Shown here in pieces: positions 1 to 10,578 of a stretch of 64,000 nt of DNA; within the stretch, counting starts at the first letter, position 1, and each line of letters opens with the position of its first letter. The notes under the pieces were generated by a model. That model saw nothing but the letters and a program-made list of their open reading frames with translations. It was not told where the DNA came from and did not search any database. This DNA is from an uncultured virus (IMG/VR IMGVR_UViG_3300005573_000084) (taxonomy: Duplodnaviria; Heunggongvirae; Uroviricota; Caudoviricetes). The DNA lies in IMG/VR virus record IMGVR_UViG_3300005573_000084. One strand, written 5' to 3'. The position numbers were made by a program, and so were the translations under genes.

Positions 1-3000
1 CTAAATCTTTAGTTAGATCATCATTTTCTTCAGAGAATTTCTCAAGTAAACTTTCTTTAACAACTTTACCATTGTCATTCATGTATTTCTTAAGAAGCTC
101 AACAACATCTTTATGACCATTTGATGCCGCTAATCTTAAAGGTTCATCATTATTAACATGAACATTTGCGCCAGCTTTAAGTAGAAGCTCAACAATATCT
201 TTATATCCATCAAATGAAGCCATTCTTAAAGCTTCATCATCTTTAGCATGAACATTTGCCCCGGCTTTAAGAAGAAGCTCAACAACATCTTTATGACCAT
301 TTTCTGAAGTGCTTCTTAAAGCATAATCATTAGCGGCATGAATGTCTGCTCCAGCTTTAAGTAGAAGCTCAACAACATCTTTATGACCATTTCTTGAAGC
401 CCAGCTTAAAGCTTCATCATCTTTAGCATGAACATTTGCTCCAGCTTTAAGAAAAAGCTCAACAATATCTTTATGGCCATTAAATGAAGCCCATCTTAAA
501 GCTTCATCATCTTTGGCATGAACATTTGCTCCGGCTTTAAGTAGAAGCTCAACAATATCTTTATGACCATTTTGTGAAGCCAATCTTAAAGCTTCATCAT
601 CATTAGCATGAACGTTTGCTCCAGCTTTAAGCAAAAATTTAACAAATGAAGTTTTTCCATATTCTACACATTTGATTAAAGCATTATCTGTAGTATATTC
701 TTGATGCATACTTTGCATAAATTGTTTAATCTGAGCTTCAATTCCTATGCCTAAATCTTTAACTAGATCATCACCTTCTTCAGAGAACTTCTCAAGTAAA
801 CTTTCTTTAACAACTTTACCATTATTATTTCTGTATTTCTTAAGAAGCTCAACAACATCTTTATATCCATTAGATGAGGCCGCTTTTAATGCTTCATCAT
901 CTTTAGCATGAACATTTGCTCCAGCTTTAAGAAGAAGTTCAACAACATCTTTATGACCATTATGTGAAGCCCTTATTAAAGCATAATCATCATAAGCATG
1001 AACGTTTGCTCCAGCTTTAAGTAGAAGCTCAACAACATCTTTATGGCCATTTCTTGAAGCCCATCTTAAAGCTTCATCATCTTTAGCATGAACATTTGCT
1101 CCAGCTTTAAGAAAAAGCTCAACAATATCTTTATGACCATTAAATGAAGCCCATCTTAAAGCTTCATCATCATTAGTATTAACATCTGCTCCAGCTTTAA
1201 GTAGAAGCTCAACAACATCTTTATGGCCATATCTTGAAGCCCATCTTAAAGCATAATCATCATAAGCATGAACATTTGCTCCAACTTTAAGTAGAAGCTC
1301 AACAATATCTTTATGACCATTTTCTGAAGCTATTCTTAAAGCATAATCACCATGGATATGAACATCTGCTCCAGCTTTAAGTAAAAATTTAACAAATAAA
1401 GTTTTCCCGTGTTTTGTGCATTCAGCTAAAGCATTATCTAAAGTATATTCTTCATCTATACTTTCCATGAATTCTTTAATCCGAGCTTCAATTCCGATGC
1501 CCAAATCTTTAACTAGATCATCACTTTCTTCAGAGAACTTCTCAAGTAAGCTTTCTTTAACAATTTTACTATCTTTATTCATATATTTCTTAAGAAGCTC
1601 AACAACATCTTTATGACCATTTGATGATGCTAATCTTAAAGCTTCATCATTATTAGCATGAACATTTGCTCCAGCTTTAAGAAGAAGTTCAACAACATCT
1701 TTATGACCTTTTCGTGAAGCCTCTCTTAAAGCTTCATCATCTTTAGCATGAACATTTGCTCCAGCTTTAAGCAGAAGCTCGACAACATCTTTATGACCAC
1801 TATATGAAGCCCATCTTAAAGCATAATCATTTTGCGCATGAATATCTGCTCCAGCTTTAAGTAGAAGCTCAACAACATCTTTATGACCATTTCTTGAAGC
1901 CCATTTTAAAGCTTCATCATCAGAAACATGAACATCTGCTCCAGCTTTAAGAAGAAGCTCAACAACATCTTTATGACCATTTTGTGAAGCCCATTTTAAA
2001 GCAACATCATCTTCGGCATGAACATTTGCTCTAGCCTTAAGTAGAATCTCAACAACATCTTTATGACCATTATATGAAGCCCATCTTAAAGCATAGTCAT
2101 TATCAGCATGAACATCTGCTCCAGCTTTAAGTAAAAATTTAACAAATAAAGTTTTCCCGTGTCTTGCGCATTCAGCTAAAGCATTATCTAAAGTATATTC
2201 TTCACCTATACTTTTCATGAATTGTTTAATCTGAGCTTCAATTCCGATGCCTAAATCTTTAGCTAGATCATCACTTTCTTCAGAGAATTTCTCGAATAAA
2301 CTTTCTTTAACAACTTTACCATTGTCATTCATGTATTTCTTAAGAAGCTTGGCAATATCTTTATAACCATTTTCTATAGCAAGTTTTAAAGCTTCATTGT
2401 TTTGAGCATGAACATCTGCACCAGCTTTAAGTAGAAGATCAACAACATCTTTATTACCATTTTGTGAAGCCCATCTTAAAGCATCATCATCTTTAGCATG
2501 AACATCTGCTCCAGCTTTAAGTAAAAGCTCAACAACATCTTTATAACCATATATTGAAGCTCGTATTAAAGCTTCATTGTTTTGAGCATGAACATCTGCA
2601 CCAGCTTTAAGTAGAAGCTCAACAATATCTTTATGGTCATTATTTGTGGCCGATCTTAAAGCTTCATCATCATTAGCATGAACATTTGCTCCGACTTTAA
2701 GAAGAAGCTCAACAATATCTTTATGACCATTTTTTGAAGCCCATCTTAAAGCATAGTCATTATCAGCATGAACATCTGCTCCAGCTTTAAGTAGAAGATC
2801 AACAACATCTTTATAACCATTTTTTGAAGCCCATCTTAAAGCATCATCATCTTTAGCATGAACATCTGCTCCGGCTTTAAGCAGAAGCTCAACAACATCT
2901 TTATGACCATTTACTGAAGCCCATCTTAAAGCATAGTCATTATCAGCATGAACATCTGCTCCAGCTTTAAGTAAAAATTTAACAAATAACGTTTTTCCGT

Positions 3001-3130
3001 ATTCTGCACATTTATCCAAAGCATTATCTAGACTATATTCTTCATTTATACTTTTCATAAATTGTTTAATCTGAGCTTCAATTCCGATGACTAAATCTTT
3101 AGTTAGATCATTACTATCTTCAGAGAATTT
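1..3130. repeat. Two-level tandem repeat: 90-bp ankyrin units nested in 750/840-bp super-repeats
   Basis: gaagctcaaca recurs every 90 bp (about 95, 185, 275...). The linker cagagaa(t/c)tt recurs at 31, 781, 1531, 2281 and 3121 (spacing 750, 750, 750, 840 = 6 or 7 x 90 + 210). Confidence 0.95.
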
Positions 3131-3205
3131 CTCAGATAAACCTTCTTTTATAATTTTATTTGATTGTATAAATGGATTATTTGTATTATCTTTTGCTTTT
3201 TTCAT
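1..3205 (-). CDS. Large modular ankyrin-repeat protein (3' end runs off the left edge; >1,068 aa)
   Basis: Manual translation from ATG at 3205 (MKKAKDNTNNPFIQ...) gives the same frame at both ends of the region. It contains 30-aa units such as ELLLKAGADVHAxDDxALRWASxNGHKDVV. Absent from the ORF track because no stop lies inside the window. Confidence 0.9.
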   Translation of the reverse strand, partial: MKKAKDNTNNPFIQSNKIIKEGLSEKFSEDSNDLTKDLVIGIEAQIKQFMKSINEEYSLDNALDKCAEYGKTLFVKFLLKAGADVHADNDYALRWASVNGHKDVVELLLKAGADVHAKDDDALRWASKNGYKDVVDLLLKAGADVHADNDYALRWASKNGHKDIVELLLKVGANVHANDDEALRSATNNDHKDIVELLLKAGADVHAQNNEALIRASIYGYKDVVELLLKAGADVHAKDDDALRWASQNGNKDVVDLLLKAGADVHAQNNEALKLAIENGYKDIAKLLKKYMNDNGKVVKESLFEKFSEESDDLAKDLGIGIEAQIKQFMKSIGEEYTLDNALAECARHGKTLFVKFLLKAGADVHADNDYALRWASYNGHKDVVEILLKARANVHAEDDVALKWASQNGHKDVVELLLKAGADVHVSDDEALKWASRNGHKDVVELLLKAGADIHAQNDYALRWASYSGHKDVVELLLKAGANVHAKDDEALREASRKGHKDVVELLLKAGANVHANNDEALRLASSNGHKDVVELLKKYMNKDSKIVKESLLEKFSEESDDLVKDLGIGIEARIKEFMESIDEEYTLDNALAECTKHGKTLFVKFLLKAGADVHIHGDYALRIASENGHKDIVELLLKVGANVHAYDDYALRWASRYGHKDVVELLLKAGADVNTNDDEALRWASFNGHKDIVELFLKAGANVHAKDDEALRWASRNGHKDVVELLLKAGANVHAYDDYALIRASHNGHKDVVELLLKAGANVHAKDDEALKAASSNGYKDVVELLKKYRNNNGKVVKESLLEKFSEEGDDLVKDLGIGIEAQIKQFMQSMHQEYTTDNALIKCVEYGKTSFVKFLLKAGANVHANDDEALRLASQNGHKDIVELLLKAGANVHAKDDEALRWASFNGHKDIVELFLKAGANVHAKDDEALSWASRNGHKDVVELLLKAGADIHAANDYALRSTSENGHKDVVELLLKAGANVHAKDDEALRMASFDGYKDIVELLLKAGANVHVNNDEPLRLAASNGHKDVVELLKKYMNDNGKVVKESLLEKFSEENDDLTKDL

Positions 3206-3415
3206 ATTTATAAAAATCACTAAGAGAGTTAATCTTTATATTTTTATAAAATAATTTTCTTTCAATTTAACATAAAAATATTTTTGTAACTCTCATTTTT
3301 TATTTTATTTATTCACTAAAATAAAAGAAAATTACAAAAATAAAAATAAAATTTAAAATAATTCTATGATTATTTTAGCAAATAGACACCTTTACAGAAT
3401 TTAATTCATCTTTTT

Positions 3416-5143
3416 TCAATCTTCAATTATTCTTATACGATTTATAAATTCTTCAGGAAAAGATTTTCTATTTGTATGCATTAAATCAGCCATGGATCCA
3501 TCTAAAATATAAGTTATAGCCCAGTCATTTTCATTTCTTATACTTCTTCCCGTTCCCTGTAATAATGAAATGATAGCTTTTTCTCTATACCAATCTGGAT
3601 TTATTTTTAGCTTTGTTGCAACAAAACGATCCTTTAAACTCAAATATGGAACTTTTGCAAATATTGTAAATCTGCTCCAATCATCTTTTAAATCTAATCC
3701 TTCTATTAAACTTGGACCCATTAAAACTTTATTCTTATTATTCTTTAAAATATTTAGTACTTCTCTTTTTTCCTCAGATCCATTATAAACTAATACTCTT
3801 CTTTTATTTTTACGACTTAGATTATTTAAAATTTTTATTGAAAGATCATAAGAAGCTGTGTGTATTATTCCATTTTCATTGGCATGTTTATCTAATATTT
3901 CATTAATAGTTTGATATAACCAGGGAAGATTTTGTTCAATTTGTGAATAAGACATTTTTCTCTTATTATAAAAATAAATAGGAGACATATCAAAATTAAA
4001 TTGAGATTTAATTTTGATGTACTTAGCATCTTTAAGAGCTATACTTCTTAAATATTTACTAGCATCGGCAAATGTGGCACTCATCAAAACTGTAAATCCT
4101 GTCCATCTATGAAAATATTTATGCATTAAATAAGATTCTTCTAAACAATTAAAAACGATTTCTTTTTCATTTAGAGAATTTTTTATTAAGTTTCTAACAG
4201 AAGTATTTTGTATTATAGTATTGTAATCTTCTACTTTACAATGCAAATCTTTCAGCCAATCATAAAGATATAACATTTCTTTCCATTCTTTTGGGGGCTC
4301 TTCATTTTTATATTTTTTGTTTACAGTATCTTTTAATGTATTATATGTTACTAAATATTTCTCAAATATTTTCTCTATATTTAATAAAATTTCACTCAAT
4401 TCATCTTGATTCTCTGTATTAAATAAACTCTCAATATTTTCTTTTACTTCTTTAAAATCTAAAGAATGATCACCCAATTTATAAAGAGAAAAAAAATGTG
4501 TAATGTCTTCTAGTCTTTTTAACACTTTACTATCAAATCTTGGAGAATAATGATTCTGAACTATATCTAGAATTTTATGCGCCTCATCACAAATTGTAAA
4601 ATCTCTTGGTAAAAAAATTGATTCTGCTCCCATTTTAGTGTATACATAATTCATCATTATTAACCAATACGAATAATTTAATAATGATGTTGAAGATGCT
4701 GCAGCAATATCTCTTGCAGTATAATATGGGCATGAATTATAACAATGCATTTTCTTTGGGGGTTTATTTCTTATGTGGCATGTTCCATTAGAAGTTTTCT
4801 GCATGTTATCTATGCACACATAATTATCTACGCCTTTAACAGATCCCCATGAAAAATTATAGCGATTAAAATCTCTTTCGTATTGTTCTTGAAGAGATAT
4901 ATCAGAAGTTAAAATATATCCTTTTTTAGAATCTTGATTAAGAATCCAAGAAACTGCCATAGCTATTATAGATTTTCCACCTCCCGTTGGGCAATCAAGT
5001 ATTACAACATTATGTGATTTTTTATAATATGTTAACAATATTTCTATAATAGCTTCTTTTTGGCCTTTTCTCCATGAGAAATCTTTATCAAAGAAAGTAT
5101 TTCTAAATTCTTCAAGTTTTAAATTTATATCCTCAGATGTCAT
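3416..5143 (-). CDS. DinG/Rad3(XPD)-like SF2 helicase
   Basis: Q motif (WRKGQ), Walker A CPTGGGKS, Fe-S-type Cys cluster, DEAH, SAT, EGLD, QGTGRSIRNEND. Confidence 0.88.
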   Translation of the reverse strand: MTSEDINLKLEEFRNTFFDKDFSWRKGQKEAIIEILLTYYKKSHNVVILDCPTGGGKSIIAMAVSWILNQDSKKGYILTSDISLQEQYERDFNRYNFSWGSVKGVDNYVCIDNMQKTSNGTCHIRNKPPKKMHCYNSCPYYTARDIAAASSTSLLNYSYWLIMMNYVYTKMGAESIFLPRDFTICDEAHKILDIVQNHYSPRFDSKVLKRLEDITHFFSLYKLGDHSLDFKEVKENIESLFNTENQDELSEILLNIEKIFEKYLVTYNTLKDTVNKKYKNEEPPKEWKEMLYLYDWLKDLHCKVEDYNTIIQNTSVRNLIKNSLNEKEIVFNCLEESYLMHKYFHRWTGFTVLMSATFADASKYLRSIALKDAKYIKIKSQFNFDMSPIYFYNKRKMSYSQIEQNLPWLYQTINEILDKHANENGIIHTASYDLSIKILNNLSRKNKRRVLVYNGSEEKREVLNILKNNKNKVLMGPSLIEGLDLKDDWSRFTIFAKVPYLSLKDRFVATKLKINPDWYREKAIISLLQGTGRSIRNENDWAITYILDGSMADLMHTNRKSFPEEFINRIRIIED

Positions 5144-5170
5144 TATTTTTATTTTTTATATGTAAAAATC

Positions 5171-5533
5171 TTATCGTTGTTTCGATAATTGTCTATAAAT
5201 TTCATCAAATAGAAGATTAGATGCTTCATCTACTGGTGTTTTTGAATAAAAGTAGTCTATTGCAGTTGAATAAAGATATCTTTTTTCATTAGAAGTTATA
5301 AGTTCTTTTAAACTTTTTTTATCAAATTTAATAGATTTTAAAAATTCAGGAGAAAACTTACGTATCAGTCTATACCATATTTTATGAACTATTTCATCTA
5401 TATATTGTTTAAAACTTAATTGTTTATTTTTATTTTCCCACTTTTCAATTTCTTCATTAGCCCATGAATCCTCATCATTAAAATTAGTGAAAATGAAATC
5501 ATTCAACATAAAGTTTTTTATTTTTAACAACAC
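5171..5533 (-). CDS. Hypothetical protein
   Basis: ORF fills the gap in the minus-strand gene string; start uncertain. Confidence 0.6.
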   Translation of the reverse strand: MLLKIKNFMLNDFIFTNFNDEDSWANEEIEKWENKNKQLSFKQYIDEIVHKIWYRLIRKFSPEFLKSIKFDKKSLKELITSNEKRYLYSTAIDYFYSKTPVDEASNLLFDEIYRQLSKQR

Positions 5534-5536
5534 CGT

Positions 5537-6208
5537 TTAACTTTCATAATCTTCTTCATAATCTTCTTCCGGTTCTTCATTTTCATCTTCTTCATATTCA
5601 TCTTCTTCATATTCATCATATTCATCATATTCATCATATTCATCATAATCTTCTGGAAAATCTTTTACTTCTTCATATTCATCATCTACTTCTTCGTATT
5701 CATCATCTGATTCAAAATCATCTTCCTTTAAAAATTTAGTTTTTTCAAATATAGTTTTTGCTCTACTTTCTTCTATATTTTCATTTTCAACTATAATGTC
5801 TTTTAAATAAAATTTCTTTAAGCTTCCATTATTTAATTTAAATAAAAATGCGTCATTTCCCATTTTAGCCATTGGAATACCATAATATCTTTTTCGCGGG
5901 TCATCTTTCGTAGAAAATATGAGAATTCTTCTATAAGGTTCAATTACTTTAAGTTCATTATTTAATGCTCTAAGAAGCTGATCATCAAAAATATCATCTT
6001 CATCTTCAATTTCTATTTCATCAGAATTTTTTGTATCAGATGCATCTAAATAAAAATTATCAGGGTCGATTTCATCTTTATCTTCATCATCCAAATCTTC
6101 AAATGAATCTGATTCAAGATCTGAAAATTTTTTTGTATCTTGTTCTTTACGTTTTCTTCCTCTTTTATTTTCATATAAAGATTCCTTAACCATAAACATC
6201 TTTTTCAT
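5537..6208 (-). CDS. Highly acidic hypothetical protein with (YDE)n tail
   Basis: D/E-rich C-terminus encoded by 9-bp tandem repeats near 5605-5650; N-terminal VKESLYE motif. Confidence 0.7.
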   Translation of the reverse strand: MKKMFMVKESLYENKRGRKRKEQDTKKFSDLESDSFEDLDDEDKDEIDPDNFYLDASDTKNSDEIEIEDEDDIFDDQLLRALNNELKVIEPYRRILIFSTKDDPRKRYYGIPMAKMGNDAFLFKLNNGSLKKFYLKDIIVENENIEESRAKTIFEKTKFLKEDDFESDDEYEEVDDEYEEVKDFPEDYDEYDEYDEYDEYEEDEYEEDENEEPEEDYEEDYES

Positions 6209-6272
6209 GATAGTATCTTATTTTAATTATATAAAATTTATTTTATATATTTTTATGAAAAAATGAAAAAAT

Positions 6273-8411
6273 CTAATTATTCAATTTCTCTATTAAAATA
6301 TCACTAAATCCTGCGTTTTTATTTATTTCTATTCTATAATCAAAATGTTCTATAGGTAAAGAAGTATGATTTATGATGAATATATTTATCTTTAAATCTT
6401 TTGCCATTTTCTGAAGAATTCCTATTATATCAAAAATTCCATCACCATCTATAGACGAAAGAACTTCATCTAACATAAGTATATTAATCTCAGGATATTT
6501 TCTTTTTAACATTCTTAATATAGAAATAAGAGCGGCTAAATCAACTTTCTTTTTTTCACCCGTACTTAAAGTATCTACACTAATACTTACACCTAAATGA
6601 TATAAGATAGGTTCGAACTCTGAATCAAAATATAAAGTATAAGGAAAATGAAGCTCATTTAATGTATATTCTATCTCTTTATTAAGAGTTGGTAAATAAC
6701 TTTCTAATATTTTTTTCTTTACACCCGCGTCAGAATATAATTGTTCAAGTATAGAAAGATATTTATATTCTTCATCGTGTTTTTGTCTTTCTTGATTTTT
6801 ATTATTAAGTGTTATCGTATTATCAGATATTATATTTTGAATGCTTTTAAATTCATCTGATTTATTAACTTTTATTCTATTTAATTCTGATTTAATTGTT
6901 CTATACCCTGTTTGAATATTTATGATAAAATTATTAATTGTTTTTAAGCCTTCATTTATTTTATCAATCATTATATTATATTTCTGTTCTTCATTTTTAA
7001 GGTTTTCTAAATTACTAACTTGTTGTTTATATTCATCTTGTAGATTATGTTTAACCGTATCATACATATGATGAGAAAAAGGCGCACCACACGTCGGGCA
7101 TTTATCTTTATTAAAGAGATTTATCTGCTGTTCTATATGTTCAATTGTATGCATTATTTTAATTTTTTGTTTCATAAATAATTTTTGTGATCTTGAAACA
7201 TCGTTCAGTTTTTCTTCCCATTCTTTCTTTTTATTATAAGCCTCTTGTAATTTAATCTCGTATTCTTCTAAGTTTTTTGTTAACTCTTCAATTTTAGTAG
7301 TATTATTTTCGTTTATTCTTTGTTTAAGCTCTTTTAATTCTTTTACTGCTACATCTATGTTTGCTCTAATAGATGAAATTTCTTTATCAAATAAGTCAAT
7401 ATTAGTCTTAATGCTACGAAGATCTTTTCTTATTATCTCATCCATTTTATTTATGATCTCCATAGAAAATAATTTATCGATAATCACTCTCTTATCACCA
7501 GGTGTCATCGATAAAAAAGATTTAAAATCATTAATACTTAAAGAAATTGTGTTCGAGAAGATATGATAGGGTAAACTCACCACTTCTGAGTCAATATATG
7601 ATTGATAATCTGTTATTCCCGCTTTTCCTATATCTTCTCCATTTTTCATAACGATTAAAGATGATGGAGATAAATTTCTTTCTATTGTTATAGTTGTTTC
7701 AGGAGACACTTCTATAATTCCTCTTATCCATCCATGTTTATTTAAGCGATTTGCTATCTCATCTTTTTTAAACCTATCAAATTTTCCATAATATAAAATC
7801 TTTGGTAAGTTAACAAAGAAAGAATTATGAGAAACTATATCATTTGCATAAAACTCATTTACTTCTTCAACCTGAATATCATATAGATCTTCTTGTTTCT
7901 CGATTAATATTTTTTTTATAAGAGTTTCATATCCATCTCTCGTTTTAATTCTTTCTCCAATATTTATATTTTTAATTGCAGTCCACCTTCCGTTAAATAA
8001 TAAATGATCTGGAGAAATTTCCAAAGTTTTTCCCGTCTCAGTTTCTATTTTATATCTTTTAGAGTTTTTCGCTGTTATATCTACACCTAATATTCTTTTA
8101 AATCCAAATTGAGTTTCAACTTTAAAAAATCCAGCATCTATAGATGAGGTTACTTTATTAAATAAATAAAGATCCCCAAGTTTGCAGTTCACTCTTTTAC
8201 TCCATTCTTTTGAATTTATGTAATTCAAAAATATGTTTCTGATATAAATATCATCAATTTCTACTGTTAATTTAGTGTTCTTTGAATGACACTTTCCATT
8301 TCCATTCTTTCCAGTAACCATCCACAGGCCTCCATCTTCTGGTAAGTCTATAGATTGTAATTTATTTCCGAATGGACCTATATTCCGAAATTCTATCTTT
8401 TTAAGTTTCAA
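6273..8411 (-). CDS. gp46/Rad50/SbcC-like recombination ATPase containing a mini-intein
   Basis: Walker A GKNGNGK|S split by the intein, coiled coil with CPTC zinc hook, signature LSTGE, Walker B LMLDE. Confidence 0.92.
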   Translation of the reverse strand: MKLKKIEFRNIGPFGNKLQSIDLPEDGGLWMVTGKNGNGKCHSKNTKLTVEIDDIYIRNIFLNYINSKEWSKRVNCKLGDLYLFNKVTSSIDAGFFKVETQFGFKRILGVDITAKNSKRYKIETETGKTLEISPDHLLFNGRWTAIKNINIGERIKTRDGYETLIKKILIEKQEDLYDIQVEEVNEFYANDIVSHNSFFVNLPKILYYGKFDRFKKDEIANRLNKHGWIRGIIEVSPETTITIERNLSPSSLIVMKNGEDIGKAGITDYQSYIDSEVVSLPYHIFSNTISLSINDFKSFLSMTPGDKRVIIDKLFSMEIINKMDEIIRKDLRSIKTNIDLFDKEISSIRANIDVAVKELKELKQRINENNTTKIEELTKNLEEYEIKLQEAYNKKKEWEEKLNDVSRSQKLFMKQKIKIMHTIEHIEQQINLFNKDKCPTCGAPFSHHMYDTVKHNLQDEYKQQVSNLENLKNEEQKYNIMIDKINEGLKTINNFIINIQTGYRTIKSELNRIKVNKSDEFKSIQNIISDNTITLNNKNQERQKHDEEYKYLSILEQLYSDAGVKKKILESYLPTLNKEIEYTLNELHFPYTLYFDSEFEPILYHLGVSISVDTLSTGEKKKVDLAALISILRMLKRKYPEINILMLDEVLSSIDGDGIFDIIGILQKMAKDLKINIFIINHTSLPIEHFDYRIEINKNAGFSDILIEKLNN
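7824..8291 (-). mobile_element. Contiguous mini-intein (156 aa, no homing endonuclease) in gp46 Walker A
   Basis: Starts at Cys (CHSKNT), block B SPDH, ends YDIQV...FYANDIVSHN, followed by Ser. Confidence 0.9.
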
Positions 8412-8438
8412 TTTTTACAATTTTAATGTTAACAAAAA

Positions 8439-8879
8439 CTAAGATTTTTTATTTTTCTTATTCTTTTTATTTGTATGTTTTACATTATCCTCGGATACAT
8501 CTGTTTTAACGCAACGTATAATTGTTATAGCTTTTGGCAAAAGTTCATCTATAGGTAAATTTTCTTTTCCAAATCTTGCGTCTCCTTCCATTAATATATA
8601 AAGATCTTCTTCAAGCTTATCTGCAACATTTTTAAGGTTATCAAAATCTAATGTAATGTTTAAATCTCCATACCAGATTTTTCCACGATTTTTTGTTAAA
8701 ACATTTGCATTAAAAATTACAAGTTCATCCTGGTGTTCTTTACAATATTCACTCTTTGAGAAAGCTATTATTCTTCCCATTGTTAAGCCATTAGTTGCAA
8801 ATAATACATAGATAGTTGGATCCGGCTCAAATTCAGATGGATACTGATTATAATCAAGTTTATGATCTTTTTCTCCCAT
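8439..8879 (-). CDS. Hypothetical protein
   Basis: 146-aa ORF translationally coupled to the gp47-like gene. Confidence 0.7.
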   Translation of the reverse strand: MGEKDHKLDYNQYPSEFEPDPTIYVLFATNGLTMGRIIAFSKSEYCKEHQDELVIFNANVLTKNRGKIWYGDLNITLDFDNLKNVADKLEEDLYILMEGDARFGKENLPIDELLPKAITIIRCVKTDVSEDNVKHTNKKNKKNKKS

Positions 8880-9988
8880 TACTCTAAATCCTCCTTTGAT
8901 GCTTTTTCGTAATAATTACGATTAATTATTTTTAGTTTTTCTAGTGTTTCAGATTTATATCCTAAATCATTTATACTTTTCTCCAATAATGTTAATATGT
9001 CCTTTATATCATCACCTTCAGATATATTTATTATATCTTCTTCTATTTTTTTTCTTTCAGCAACAGTTTCAATTCTTTTATAATTACAATTATTTAATAT
9101 ATCTATAAATTTAGTTAAATTAAATATTTGTATATATTTATCGGGTACTATTATGTCAGTATAATTGTTATTTAATAATTTTATTGTATCATTTAAAGAA
9201 AGTTCTAATAAAGATTGTAAATATACTCTTTGATATATTGGTGAATAATCATTTAATGTTACTTCATAGGTATTATTAGATGGATCAAAAAGATATAATG
9301 CTTTAGTATTTCCTATATCACCCCTTTTTGTATGATAAGGTGATCCTATATAAATGACATTATTTTGCTCTTGTCTTTTATGAATATGTCCTGAAAATAT
9401 TCTTTTTATAGATTTAAACTTTGTAAAATCTATACTTGTATTTTTAACTTCCTTTCCTGTATCATACATAAAACCATTTATGTCTGTATGAGTAAATACA
9501 TAATCACATTTATTTGCTCTAACAAACAATTCTTCTGTTTCTGCATTTCCTATCCACGGAATAACAAGAATTTTAGAAGAATTGTTTGTTATTAACACAG
9601 GTTTTTCAAAAATAGTAACATTTGGTATATACTTAAAGGCTACTATTGAATTTACATCTGTTGTGTTTTTCTTATATATGTCATGATTTCCTGTTATGAA
9701 ATATACAGGTAAAATTTTAGAAATCTCAAGAATAATATCAATTCCTGCATTAAGAACGTTTATGTCAATAAGTTGACGATTATCAAAAAAGTCCCCAAGA
9801 AAAAACAAAATATCACCATCTTGTACATTTCTTTTTAAATATGGAATATAAAAATTTGTAAAAAATTTTTTTATATTATCTAACCATTCTAGAGAATTAG
9901 CTCTTATGCCTAAATGTGTATCACTTAAAAGAAATATTTTTTTATAATTAATATATTTAGTTTCTACAATAAAATCTTTTAAATTCAT
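8879..9988 (-). CDS. gp47/Mre11/SbcD-like metallophosphoesterase nuclease
   Basis: SDTHLG, GDFFD, GNHD and GHIH motifs; next to the gp46-like gene. Confidence 0.92.
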   Translation of the reverse strand: MNLKDFIVETKYINYKKIFLLSDTHLGIRANSLEWLDNIKKFFTNFYIPYLKRNVQDGDILFFLGDFFDNRQLIDINVLNAGIDIILEISKILPVYFITGNHDIYKKNTTDVNSIVAFKYIPNVTIFEKPVLITNNSSKILVIPWIGNAETEELFVRANKCDYVFTHTDINGFMYDTGKEVKNTSIDFTKFKSIKRIFSGHIHKRQEQNNVIYIGSPYHTKRGDIGNTKALYLFDPSNNTYEVTLNDYSPIYQRVYLQSLLELSLNDTIKLLNNNYTDIIVPDKYIQIFNLTKFIDILNNCNYKRIETVAERKKIEEDIINISEGDDIKDILTLLEKSINDLGYKSETLEKLKIINRNYYEKASKEDLE

Positions 9989-10011
9989 GAGAAATATTTA
10001 AATTAAATTTT

Positions 10012-10037
10012 TATATAGATGTAAATGATAAAAGTTT
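10012..10037 (-). promoter_or_regulatory. Bipartite AAAC-N16-TATATA putative phage promoter (one of at least 6 copies)
   Basis: Same motif and spacing upstream of genes at 13771-13796, 15902-15927, 53821-53846, 55345-55370 and 58763-58788. Confidence 0.65.
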
Positions 10038-10077
10038 TTTATATCTTTTATCAAACATGTGTAATCAAAAAAGCACT

Positions 10078-10563
10078 TTAAAACAATCTTTTTGTTTTAA
10101 TTTTATCCATCAACCCATATTTTTCATTTAATTCTTTTATTATAGCTTCTTTATCTAGAACTCCTACTTCAGAGTAAAGCTGATCATAATTTATTTTAAA
10201 GAATTCTGCAAATGCTATAAATATTTCCATGCTAGTATACTTCTTCTCCTTTATTAATCTCTCCTTAAAATAATAGTACATTTTTATTCTATCATTTCCA
10301 TCTATTTTTTTAAGTTTTTTATATTTTTCATAATAAGAAGATTCTTTAAATATTTCATACATTTCATTATCTAACATTTTTAATGTCATTTTTTCTATAA
10401 CATTTTCTCCTAATTGATCATCATAGAAATTATAAACGCTTTCATGAAGTTTTATTATAGACCCAAAATCTTCATAAGTTTGTTCTCCTTGATTATAAAA
10501 ATTATTAGCAGTTTTATCTTCTCTAGATTCATCCTTTTTATTATCATTTTTCATACAATACAT
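10078..10563 (-). CDS. Hypothetical protein, possibly gp33-like late transcription coactivator
   Basis: Weak resemblance of TSMEIFIAFAEFFKINYDQLYSEVGVLDKEAIIKEL to the gp33 helical core; ends KTKRLF. Confidence 0.35.
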   Translation of the reverse strand: MYCMKNDNKKDESREDKTANNFYNQGEQTYEDFGSIIKLHESVYNFYDDQLGENVIEKMTLKMLDNEMYEIFKESSYYEKYKKLKKIDGNDRIKMYYYFKERLIKEKKYTSMEIFIAFAEFFKINYDQLYSEVGVLDKEAIIKELNEKYGLMDKIKTKRLF

Positions 10564-10578
10564 TTATTTTTTTTACAT

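Noticed and set aside
1..3130. CRISPR array interpretation of the regular 90-bp repeats
   Set aside because: Repeats are contiguous, in-frame coding units without unique spacers, and they translate to ankyrin repeats
1..3205. Diversity-generating retroelement acting on the ankyrin variable codons
   Set aside because: No reverse transcriptase or non-coding template repeat in the window, and I could not show adenine-specific variation
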